This document shows, one piece after another, positions 1 through 10,994 of a DNA stretch of 64,000 nt (its first letter is position 1; each line of letters opens with the position of its first letter). Both the position numbers and the translations under genes were made by a program. Source of the DNA: Tubulanus polymorphus (lineage: Eukaryota > Animalia > Nemertea); assembly GCF_964204645.1 (NCBI RefSeq), contig NC_134029.1:18408950-18472949 (forward strand). The letters run 5' to 3'. Under the pieces are notes generated by a model. That model was not told the origin of the DNA. It saw nothing but the letters and a program-made list of their open reading frames with translations, and did no database searches.

Positions 1-761
1 ATACTACAAGCCATGTTTTTCTACCAAAGTGACATTGTGGTGTAGATTATTCTCGTGTTTGGAAAGGCTAATAAACTATCATCTGATAATGAATTGACCC
101 CATGTGGACTAAAAGATTACTAGCCTATGTCAGTGTGCCATACTTGAGAATTAAGTTTTGGTGACCTACATCTTTATTTCCACTCATAAAAAAACGAGTT
201 TTGCGATATAGAGTCGCGGCCAGAGAACACGGCAGTGTGATTAATGAATTGTATTTTTCGAAGAATTTCATCGAAAGTAAAATTTCATGACCCCATGATA
301 TTGATATTGCATTTTGTACTACCTACTTATTATTTCACTATGACAAGGTCAAAAATAGAAAGAACGTCTCTATTTCAGTACAAGGAAATAAGGCGTACAT
401 CCTTTCGTTGCACCCCTCATCATTTGAGGGATTCGAACCTGATGGCATTGATCGAGACGCTCGAATCCCTGTTAGAGGTCGCGTGTGATATAGGTGATTG
501 AAAAGTGAATGGTGCAGAAGAACAACAAACACGTACACATCTATGATACCAGTTTGGATATTCCATCCAATCACTCTAAACAAATGATATCATCACAATC
601 TTTTATTCAGCAAAAGTCGACATAAATATAGTTTGGGAAACCAAGATCCGAACGACGTAAAGCGATATAAACAATACAAAACAAAACAAAAAACACTGAT
701 GTGATTTTGAATATTTAGAAACCAAGAAATATAGTAGGTAGCATAGACAATAGGTACTGAC

Positions 762-3700
762 CTGATCATTTAATGTTTCGAAGTTTTTCTTAGGAGCTTC
801 TGAAATAGTTGCTGATACATCATAGTTTTCCGTCGATCCTTTCAAAAGAAAGATATATGCAAATGGAAGTGAAACGAAATTATCAGTTTGCCTTTATTTC
901 GTACAAACAGTCTTCCGTCGGCTGGCTTTTGAACAGCCATTTGTAGTCTGTACTTGGAAAAAATCTAACACAAAAGCTGCGTTATTGCTATGTTTTTCAA
1001 TTAACCATTTAGAAAAGGTAGACCATATTCTTCGGAATTTCATACATTGAATATGAGGTGATATAATGTGTCATTATTTTTCATAAATTGAAGGAACCGA
1101 GTGCAAAAATATACATTAACAGTTAAATTATTAGCAGTAAACCAATCTTGTAATATATTCAAGTAATTTTCAAGGGTTTGTATTAAACAATCAATTGAGC
1201 ACCCAATAATGAATACAGGCGTGCTGTCTGCAAAAAGGTTTACATTTTTATAACATGTCGTTAATACATACAAAAAAATAGTAATGGTCCTAATACGGAA
1301 CCTTGAGGAATACCGCAGTTAATGTTTGAGATTGAGTATTGGAGAAAATTAACATAAATTGAACGCTTTTGTAGGTAAGTTTTAAACAATGACAAAACAT
1401 TTCCTGTTATACCATCATACGTACAACTTGTGAATTAGATATTCGACAATGAGGCAATTGAATGCTTTGCTCAAATCGAAATGCGGCCAGTGTAAAACAA
1501 TTAGATTCAAAGGATTTAATTATTTTTCCAGCCAGTGAATCACTTACCTAAATCCCATGCTGCAATTGAAGGCGCGTTATCTATACAGGCTTTGATGTCG
1601 TTGAACTCATGATCAGTGGCAATTGAGGCAGCAGTTCGACCTAAGAATAACAACATTATAACAATATCCTTAGCAAGCATAAAGATGGACGTACTGTCCT
1701 TCTCGAAGGAATAAATCCTCTAGTTGCAAACACTACAAAACTGACCTAACGAATCTTTGATTTTGACGTTAGCTCCGCGTTTAATAAGTAACTGACAGGT
1801 TCTCAAGTGGTGTCCTTCCGTAGCTAACATTAAAGCCGTCCTGATAATAGTACAATTGATTAACGAATTTATTAAAGAAAAGAAACCAGTTCACAATTGA
1901 TTCTTTAATAAATGTAAAAACAGGTAGTATAAACTGCATAGGCTAATTAAATTTATTTGAAATCACCAGATTTCGCTTCTAGTGTGTAGTACCTTCATAT
2001 GTGACTTAAATATCTACACTGACTATTTCAAGATTGATGTACCTGTTTTCATTATCTTGCTCGTTGATTTTCGCTCCGTTATCTAACAAATAAGCGACTA
2101 TATCCGCATACCCGTGCACTGCAGCGAAAAACAATGGATTCCATTGGTCCTGAAAATTCGTTTAAAAGAAGGTTATCGGTTACTTTTCGGACCCTCGAAA
2201 TTCATTATGAAGAAAGTATCTAAACTTATCATTAAGTAAGCTGTCATTTGGATAATTCATGATCGTCCCAACTATGGCAATTTAAGTGAGTTTCACTGTA
2301 TAACAAACTGAGAATTTGGATTCGGATAAGAATTTCCATGTGATGGATCAATCATAGCTCTCCAAAAAATATACATTGTTAGTAGAAAAATAGCAATTAA
2401 CTACAATGAAATTAACTGCTGCAAATATTGACAACAAGGAGTTGAAGTTGATTATCTACTTTGTACAAGGCACCTTTCAACTAGTATACGGTATACCTTA
2501 TCTTGGGCATGAACAGGAGATCCGGCCAGAACTAGGGCCACAACGCAGTCTAAATGTCCATTCTCACAGGCCTTATGAAGAGCCGATCTTTTCTTCGCAT
2601 TCGGTAGAAACACGGGAACACCAGCCTGACCGAAACAGATTTGTTAAAATTCGGTACAACGGATTTCATATAAGAAACTTGAGCAACAAAAAGCTTATCG
2701 GTTATGCTCTGAATAAATCCGCCGATTTCATTAAAAATTTGAAAATTCCCAAAAGAAATTAAGGAGCCACAACGTTGGATGCAAACTAGCGTCTGTGAAA
2801 AATAATACACATGGAAACAATATTCAAACTGAATTACCGGGAGCTCAGATTGTATAGTACATCGAATCGAATTCATCGTGTTTTACCTGCAATAATTTAT
2901 TCACAACGCTAGTGTGTCCATTACCAGCGGCTGAATGCAATATCGTATCACCTGTAGAGGAAAGGTTACAAAAAATCCTTGTGTTCGTATCCTAGTGATT
3001 CCATAATTCCGTATTATTACTATCATTTTTAAAGTCACGTTTTAAGACAATATTCATAATCGACAGATGTTCACCTTCACCATCCAGAGCTTGTACGTCT
3101 GCCCCCGACGACAGAAACGCATCAACCATGCCCGTGAACCCCAAACTCGCCGCCAAATGGAAACTGGAAATAACTTACATATTTACAAAAAAAGCCTTGT
3201 AGATTGAATATCCTTTCATAAGCATAACTAATTTTGTAGCAATAATTTAGAATGAACATTACACCGGGTTGCTATTACATTTCTGATGCACGAGTGGCGT
3301 TGGAACTACAGCGGCGAAAGCTGCGGCAATAAATTTTTTTTACTGAATGACATTTTTTTCTTTCTATACCACGTTTTTGGCGAAATTAAAGTAAATTCGC
3401 CGCGGCAATATTAGAATATGTCAAAAATCGGCAATTGGCCGCGGCAATCAAAAATTGCTTCCAACGCGCCTGTGATGTAAATAACCATTCAGAATTGTAC
3501 AGATGCCGGGCCATTTGAATCTTTACTTACGCAGTTATACCCCGGGAATCAGGTTTAGTACAAGTTACTGCTTTTTTGCCAGAAATTAAAGCTGTCACTT
3601 TTACCACGTCGCCTTTTTCTACAACATGAAGCAGCTTATCGTCTTGCTTCGTCCAGTCATTCCCTGAACTGTCCTGATATAGAAATAAATATTCATGATA

Positions 3701-4076
3701 CACTCCTTCAATCACATCAGAAAGCAAAAATATTCAAAACGCCTCAATAGATATTGACTGGCAATGTTTTCATCTTTTCAATTTACCATAGAAACTGAAA
3801 TCGATTACCTTGCCTCTGAATTCGACTTATATGTCTATTTCTTAACTACAGAAAACCTGATAGAAATGTTGTTGAGAGGAATGCTATTGGCTTTTATGAC
3901 GTATGTCAATGAATAGATTTCCCCAGGAAAATGCGCCAGTATTCTCGTAGTTTATTGATACGAGTTTCCAGCGTCAGGTATAGGCTGCACCTACGAGCAA
4001 GTGAGATGCTAGAAATTATACATACTGTATGACCCGGGGTCTTCTTTGACTTGAAAAATTCTCGCACCTTTGACAT
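762..4076 (-). CDS. Ankyrin-repeat protein of the RAI14/UACA/ANKRD24 family, 5' part (gene continues to the left)
   Basis: In-phase GT-AG exons 4076-4026, 3673-3531, 3163-3075, 2951-2887, 2625-2497, 2149-2043, 1840-1746, 1640-1548, 838-762. Translation MSKVREFFKSKKTPGHT-DSSGNDWTKQDDKLLHVVEKGDVVKVTALISGKKAVTCTKPDSRGITAFHLAASLG...GDTILHSAAGNGH...RSALHKACENGH...WNPLFFAAVHGY...RTALMLATEGHH resembles the RAI14/UACA N-terminus (W..DD.LL.AVE.GD..KV) plus ankyrin repeats. The last exon listed is less certain. Confidence 0.85.
1040..1530 (-). mobile_element. Degenerate non-LTR retrotransposon (LINE) reverse transcriptase fragment in an intron
   Basis: Minus strand gives GIPQGSVLGPLLF (about 1317-1280), upstream GITGNVLSLFKTYLQ and downstream NLFADS (YADD-like), interrupted by frameshifts and stops. 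Confidence 0.75.
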
Positions 4077-6592
4077 CTTGACGGCTGCGTTCTAACAGGA
4101 GAAAAGATCACATTTTTTTCTGAAAGAAGAGAATGTTGATAATAGCGCTGTGAATCCCTACAAATTCTAAACGCTAACCACAAATTAATTTTTATGAATT
4201 TCTTACTGTTTTAAATAGTTCAGATATATCGTCTTTGTAAATGATATTCCTTACACAATAGCTTGCGGCACAATGATAACTATAGTGTGATAAACATAAA
4301 TGTAACAAAATCAGTATCTGATACGTACGTATATGACCGGTAATGAAAACAATGTCGATACGTGTACTAGCAGAACGTAGAACGTAAAACATTCATCGAA
4401 TTTATATTTCACAAATATATTGAAGAACACTTGACCGATAAAGCCATGAAACTCGCTACATGTACACTGCGAGCAAATAACGACCACTCAGATTCATGTA
4501 TATTAAATGTAGCCAGAGCTGGTGGTGTATACAATTGTAATAACGTCTCAATTTAGAAATGAAAGTAGAATAGATGTTACCATGCAACACCAATTTGAGA
4601 CAAAATGAATTTTCAGCTCGGACATTATGCCACAAGAATCACATTAGTCGGTTACTGAGTATACGTACGATAAATTTTGATCCCCTCATTCAGAGGGGAA
4701 AATATTTACCGGTAAGAGGCATACACGTACACAGGATCTTTATATCGGTAGGTAGACTGGAGAAAAGAAAAAAGCAAAATGAGGAAACCGAAAGTATGCT
4801 TTGTAAGGTTTCCATTATTTCGGTAAAATTCTTTTGCTAATTGAACGCAATTCTTGCAAAGCAAAGCATGGAACAACAATTCACCCAATATTTTAATGAA
4901 CTACAAACTAGAATCAGCATCTAGCATTTCCGAAACACCCTGATGCACCTCGTCCCTCATATAACATATAGATAGTAATGAGATACCTTATATCGATTCT
5001 ATATCATATTTTAATCCTGATTAGTTACAGTTTGGTTCCTCAGCTTAAGAACAAGTGTGTTTGTGTGAGTGTGACAGTATGCGGTACGTCTCTCTTACAG
5101 TCCTCGTAAATCCCACTCTAAAACGACAATTCACACGGCGAGGAACAAAACGGGAGCAAAACTGGTTTTTTTATGAATTTATTATCCTTCATTCCAGTGC
5201 ACACACTCCGCCGAAGCGTTTCGAAAGTGTTAATTCCAAATATAAATCGAGCCGCGTTCGGTCAACGTTTCTGGTCTATCATCAATACTTTCAGTGCTGA
5301 CAGAAATTTGTCACATTCCACGCGGGTTATTCATCGATCCGAACTCACAATAGAACAACAAGAGAACGCTGTTGGCTAGGCAAATATCATATTACGGTTA
5401 CGTAGTATGAACAACAGTTACTACAGTTTGTCGTGTAGTTTGCGAAATTACAGTAGGGCCTAAATAGAAATTCACAAAGACATCTGGTACCTTGTTCTCA
5501 AATATCGCCGGGCCTGGTTGAAAGAATGATTTCTTGGTAAAATAACTCTAAAACAGAATTTGGTACAGATCTACTGAACAAAATGTAGTATCGAGATCAT
5601 CACATCTATTAAATCATATGTTATTATCAATCGTCGTGGATCGTTCGGCGAGGGGTGCTACTCAGTCACGTAAGAACATAAATCCTAGAATAGTATCGTA
5701 TTTTCGCTAACATACATTAGAACCCTCAACAGGTATTTCAGAAGGAAAAGCCGGTAAAAATGAAAAGTATTTAGGGCAATCGATTGTTACCAACCGACTA
5801 CTCCTTACGGCATACCCGCATACCCGTTTAAGGGTTCTAATGGTTATTTTAAAAACAAAAATTTCAATGACCACTAAAAAGATAAAAAGAAGTCTAAGTC
5901 CTATATTACACAAAAGTACGGCACAACTACGCATACTGCTATTTTCTTCGGGGTCCTGAGAAAGACATATCTCGACATTAATTCGATTTACAATACGGGT
6001 ACATAAAACGTTTTGCCAATTGTATACGTCGAATATTTCTATTTTTCCTGTCCGAGAACGCTTCCGTACCACTATCATGGATATTTCAAAAAATTGTAAT
6101 TTCTTTCTAACAATTTGCATCATTTTTCAAATCCTGTCATCAATCAGTTTGTGCGATGGATGTAACACGTAAAAAACGTTAGGCCTACGTTGTAGGCCTA
6201 ACTGATAACTGGTAAAAAGCTCGAGTTTGCTTAGCACTTTTTTGTGAATGAAAGCGTAGGAAGCGAACTCAAATCAAATTTGCGGGAAGCGATGAAGACA
6301 ATTATTGGGATTCGAACTACAGTACGCAATGAAATAAATTGGGACTCGACCTATACTCGAGTCAACAGTTAACATGCTACAATTCAATTGCAATTCAAAT
6401 TCAAATTTATCTTCCTTTATTGAGGTGCGCTTAAACCCCAACTTCACTCCCTTAGAGCATGATATGGCAAGATATAGCAATCAATACTGAACTAAGTAGG
6501 TAATTCACACAGTATGAAATGATGAAAGAACAATTCGGCTAATTAAAAATCCATTTACAAGCTCGATGCTGCATGCGATGCATGAGATGAGT

Positions 6593-8346
6593 GGCTTTTA
6601 GAATGGGACCACAAAATGCTTAGCTTTTATTAGTCGAGTTACATGTAACTTGTAACATTATATATGATGGGCAGTCAGCCCCTGATATTGCATATAACCT
6701 TTCATCTCAATCTGGAAAAAGTGAAATATGAGTGAAATCCCTGTTCTTCATAGTGAAACGTAAGTGAATATTTGTAGCACCCTGTAACACCTTGTAACGC
6801 TATATGAAACACTAGTAACTAAAAGTGACAAATCTGTAACGCTATGTAACACCCTGTAACAAGGGTGTAACGGGCTGTAACGCCCTGTAACACCATGTGA
6901 AACCCCTGTAACTAAAAGCGAAATATGTGTAACGCTATGTAACACCCTGTAACAAGGGTGTAACAGGCTGAAAGGTTGAGTGAAACAGGCTGTGACACTC
7001 TGTAACACCATGTGAAATCCTTGTAAATGAAATATCTGTAACACTATGTAACACCCTGTAACAAGGGTGTAACAGGCTGTAACGCCCCATAACGCTATAT
7101 GAAACCCCTGTAACTCAAAGCACATATTTCACTTTTAGTTACTAGGGTTTCACATGGTGTTACAGGGCGTTACAGCCCGTTACACCATTGTTACAGGGTG
7201 TTACATAGCGTTACACATATTTCACTTTGAGTTACTAGGGTTTCAAATGGTGTTACGGGGCGTTACAGCCTGTTACACCCTTGTTACAGGGTGTTACAGA
7301 TATTTTACTTTTAGTTACAGGGGTTTCACATGGTGTTACAGGGCGTTACAGCGTGTTACACCCTTGTTACAGGGTGTTACATGGTGTTACATAGTGTTAC
7401 AGATATTTCACTTTTAGTTACTAGGGTTTCACATGGTGTTACAGCCGTTACACCCTTGTTACAGGGTGTTACATAGCGTTACACATATTTCACTTTGAGT
7501 TACAGGGGTTTTACATGGTGTTACAGGGCGTTACAGCCCGTTACACCCTTGTTACAGGGTGTTACATATTGTTACAGATATTTCACTTTTAGTTACTAGG
7601 GTTTCACATGGTGTTACAGGGCGTTACAGCCTGTTACACCCTTGTTACAGGGTGTTACATAGCGTTACACATATTTCACTTTGAGTTACAGGGGTTTCAC
7701 ATGGTGTTACAGGGCATTACAGCCCGTTACACCCTTGTTACAGGGTGTTACATAGCGTTACACATATTTCACTTTGAGTTACAGGGGTTTGACATGGTGT
7801 TACAGCCTGTTACACCCTTGTTACAGGGTGTTACATAGTGTTACAGATATTTCACTTTTAGTTAGCCTACAGGGGTTTCACATGGTGTTACAGGGCGTTA
7901 CAGCCTGTTACACCCTTGTTACAGGGTGTTACATAGCGTTACACATATTTCACTTTGAGTTACAGGGGTTTCACATGCGGTTACGGGGCGTTACAGCCTG
8001 TTACACCATTCTTACAGTGTGTTACATAGCGTTACACATATTTCACTTTGAGTTACAGGGGTTTCACAAGGCGTTTCATATAGCGTTACAGGGCATTACA
8101 GCCTGTTGCACCCTTGTTACAGGGTGTTACATAGCGTTACACATATTTCACTTTGACTTACACAGGGGTTTCAGACTGTTACTGCATTAGGATATTTGCA
8201 TTCTTTGACAGTTTCGCAAAGTAGATTATATGAGGTTACAGCGCGAAAATATCCTTTTGGCTTTCCAAAAATGAAGTATGACCTAATGTTACATGTTACT
8301 TGTAACTTGATGGGAAGTTAAGCATTCCTCTGTCCCATTTTAAGCC
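6593..8346. mobile_element. Foldback-like element with imperfect terminal inverted repeats enclosing a satellite array
   Basis: Left end GGCTTTTAGAATGGGAC...GTTACATGTAACTTGTAACATTA matches the reverse complement of the right end (TAATGTTACATGTTACTTGTAAC...GTCCCATTTTAAGCC). Confidence 0.6.
6770..8175. repeat. About 93-bp tandem repeat built from ~10-bp GTTACA subunits; orientation switches near 7120
   Basis: Unit CATATTTCACTTTGAGTTACAGGGGTTTCACATGGTGTTACAGGGCGTTACAGCCTGTTACACCCTTGTTACAGGGTGTTACATAGCGTTACA. About 6770-7115 is in reverse orientation and 7125-8175 forward. Confidence 0.92.
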
Positions 8347-8376
8347 TTATATACGATGCTGGGGCTCTGGACAACA

Positions 8377-8517
8377 ACAGGGACTTGGACACAAAGAAAA
8401 GGATTTTTTTACCTCAGTATCCTAGACCTAGCTACTAAACTAAATATAAAAAGACTTTTTGTATATAGTACCTAGGATATTGGGGTAAAAATCCTTTTCT
8501 TTGTGTCAAGTCCCTGT
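8377..8517. mobile_element. Small palindromic MITE-like element; a partial copy lies at about 58882-58937
   Basis: Arms ACAGGGACTTGGACACAAAGAAAAGGATTTT..CAGTATCCTAG and CTAGGATATTGGGGTAAAAATCCTTTTCTTGTGTCAAGTCCCTGT; no TSD seen. Confidence 0.55.
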
Positions 8518-8764
8518 GGGCCGGATAGTGTCGTCGGTCCAAAAGAAAAAAGGTTGGAGTATACTATATTATTTGAGTTCTATGTTTCATCTTTAAGACC
8601 TAGGTCACGCCACAGCACCACTGGCACTGAATGAACCATTTAATATTGAACTCTTTAATTAACCTATTACCTAGCCTAGCCGTCAGCTTGATCACCAGTG
8701 AGTGCCAGGCTTTGCTCTTTCGGTGCGATAGTCTGGCGGTCTCGTTAAGATTTTTAAATTAGAT

Positions 8765-9022
8765 GCTCTAAAGTGCTGGAGATAATTTGTAAATTTTTGA
8801 AAAATTCCAGCCAAGTACATCAAATAACAGGCATCAAATACCTCTACACCGTGCTGCGGTGTAGACATTAGTTATTTATATCTAACTGTGTTTGACAGGT
8901 GCTGCCATCTTTCATAGAGATGTAAACATTTACGAATTACATCAATACACCACATTGCGGTGTACTAGCAAAGTCCATCACCGAGTTATACACCGCACTG
9001 CGGTGTTGACGCACTGAAAGGG
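8765..9022 (-). mobile_element. piggyBac-like MITE, partial copy
   Basis: Ends in GCACTGAAAGGG; internal sequence matches the complete copy at 32325-32612 in reverse. Confidence 0.7.
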
Positions 9023-9641
9023 TTGAGGTTTACGCTGGATGTGGTCATCACAAAACCGAGAACAGCGATATAATCTGTTATTGTTATTGTTGGTGAAGTG
9101 GACGCTCTCACAACATTCGATCAACGCTACATATGAATTTAAGTCAATAAGTTAAGAAAAGGGCAGATCTGGCCCTGGACTAGCAGGAGAGAAAAAAAAT
9201 GTTTCTTTTTACACTTCAATTCCAAATGATTCTGAAAAAAAAATCTGGTGCTTGGTAGGCCTACTTGCTACACTGCTGATTGATTTTAACATTGGAATCA
9301 TATCGATCCGGCTTTTTCGTTTTGAAAATTCTTGTTCCATTCCGTTCCTGGTTTTATCAACTCCTATATAGGGAATTGAAAGCAGGGACGGAACCGAACA
9401 AGATATTTGTGATACAGTCCCTGCTCCTTTTCCTTCCTCTCCATTCCGTCCTTAAATTATCATAAGCACAATCCCCCATGTCTGGATCAGCCCCTGACTA
9501 GAGACTGACCCTCTAGTCTTGGTGATAGATATATTAGGCCTAGTCCTGACTCAAGACCGCGGCTGATAGTATTCCCCGGGATTGTTTCGTTGAATTTTCA
9601 ACTTCTCTGTTTCAGGTTGAAATCTACCGGCGTCGGGTGTC

Positions 9642-10994
9642 ATGTTGTCGTTCAACCGTTTTCATTTCCTGGTCGTTTCACGGATGAATCTCGTCGGAAA
9701 AACTTCAGTGAAAAACTTCCGATCTCGTATCTGTCTGCGAAAGGAGTCGTCGCCTGCGAGTCCGCTAGCCGCTCCTGAATTAAACTGGCAATTTCTCCTC
9801 GACGAAAAAAACGCGGATCTAATCGACGAAAACATCCGTCGGCGAAAAGGCGTCGGCGACATTCGATCGGTACGCAAACTCGCCGAACGATTGAAGTTGT
9901 GCGCGGCTGACGAAAAAACGACTTTGCAAAAACGGTTAATCGAGGAAGCGACGTCGATTCCGAATCTATCGCATCCCGATTCGCCGATCGGCGATGAATC
10001 CAACGCGCGAACAGTTTTCGTCGACGGCGAAAAGAAACGTTTTGATTTCTGCGCGAAATCGGTCGTGGAACTCGGCGAACGTTTAGGCGTGTTGCGTACA
10101 AACGACGTGAATTTAACGACCGGTAATAAGAGTTATTATTTCGTCGACGAGCTTGCGAAATTGGAACACGCGCTCGTACAATTCGCTCTAGATAAACTCG
10201 TCGATAGCGGTTTCGAAGTAGTAAGCGTTCCGGATCTTCTCAGTGCAGATATCGTTGAAGCCAGTGGTTTTCGAACGAGTGGCGACGTGGCACAGGTTTA
10301 TCGTCTAAACCCGCAGAAACACGCGGCGGCGGCGGCGTTGTGTTTATCGGGGACGGCTGAACTGGCGATCGGCGGTATGAACGCCGGGCGGACGTTCGAT
10401 TTCGGCGATCTACCTCGCAGAATGGCGACGGTCAGTCGGTGTTATCGCGCGGAAACGTCGGACCTCCAACGCGAGCGCGGCATCTATCGCGTGCACGAGT
10501 TCACAAAGGTCGAAATGTACGGTATAACTGCCGCCGACAACGACGAAGAATCCGGTCGAGAAAGCGAGGAAGTTCTCGAAGAATTTGTTAATTTACAGCG
10601 GAGTATCTTTTCCGATCTAGATCTTCACTATCGCGTGCTAGATATGCCCACGCAAGAACTCGGAGCGCCGGCGTTTCGCAAGTTCGATATCGAAACTTGG
10701 ATGCCGGCAAAGCAATTCTACGGCGAGATATCGAGTGCGTCGAACTGTACAGACTTTCAAAGCAGACGACTCGGTATTAAATATCGAACACCGGGTGGCG
10801 CTTTACGACACGTTCATACCGTCAACGGGACAGCTTGCGCCGTACCGAGACTTATTATGGCACTTATCGAAAATAACCAAACTGAAGATGGATCGATCAC
10901 GATTCCAGAAATGCTTCAGCCGTATACTAAATTTGATACTATTGACGAGACATCCTCACGAAGTACTTTGAAATTTAGTGCAACTGAAAGATGA
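9642..10994 (+). CDS. SARS2: Serine--tRNA ligase, mitochondrial (class II aaRS), single coding exon, 450 aa
   Basis: Basic, presequence-like N-terminus; IPNLSHPDSPIGDES; GTAE; motif 2 SRCYRAETS..RGIYRVHEFTKVEM; GAPAFRKFDIETWMP; GEISSASNCTDFQSRRL; motif 3 HTVNGTACAVPRLIMALIEN. AATAAA at 10997-11002. Likely 5'-UTR splice acceptor at 9615/9616. Confidence 0.93.
   Translation: MLSFNRFHFLVVSRMNLVGKTSVKNFRSRICLRKESSPASPLAAPELNWQFLLDEKNADLIDENIRRRKGVGDIRSVRKLAERLKLCAADEKTTLQKRLIEEATSIPNLSHPDSPIGDESNARTVFVDGEKKRFDFCAKSVVELGERLGVLRTNDVNLTTGNKSYYFVDELAKLEHALVQFALDKLVDSGFEVVSVPDLLSADIVEASGFRTSGDVAQVYRLNPQKHAAAAALCLSGTAELAIGGMNAGRTFDFGDLPRRMATVSRCYRAETSDLQRERGIYRVHEFTKVEMYGITAADNDEESGRESEEVLEEFVNLQRSIFSDLDLHYRVLDMPTQELGAPAFRKFDIETWMPAKQFYGEISSASNCTDFQSRRLGIKYRTPGGALRHVHTVNGTACAVPRLIMALIENNQTEDGSITIPEMLQPYTKFDTIDETSSRSTLKFSATER

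Noticed and set aside
885-952. Possible extra ankyrin-gene exon
   Set aside because: Both candidate acceptors lead to stops without a good donor; the 838-762 exon fits the phase instead.
5707-6123. 138-aa minus-strand ORF
   Set aside because: No recognisable motif or convincing splice partners.
6748-8190. ORFs with 31-aa repeats; CRISPR-like appearance
   Set aside because: A tandem satellite without unique spacers in eukaryotic DNA; the ORFs arise because the unit is 93 bp.
9652-10101. Antisense ORFs over SARS2
   Set aside because: Shadow ORFs of a GC-rich coding sequence with no recognisable domains.
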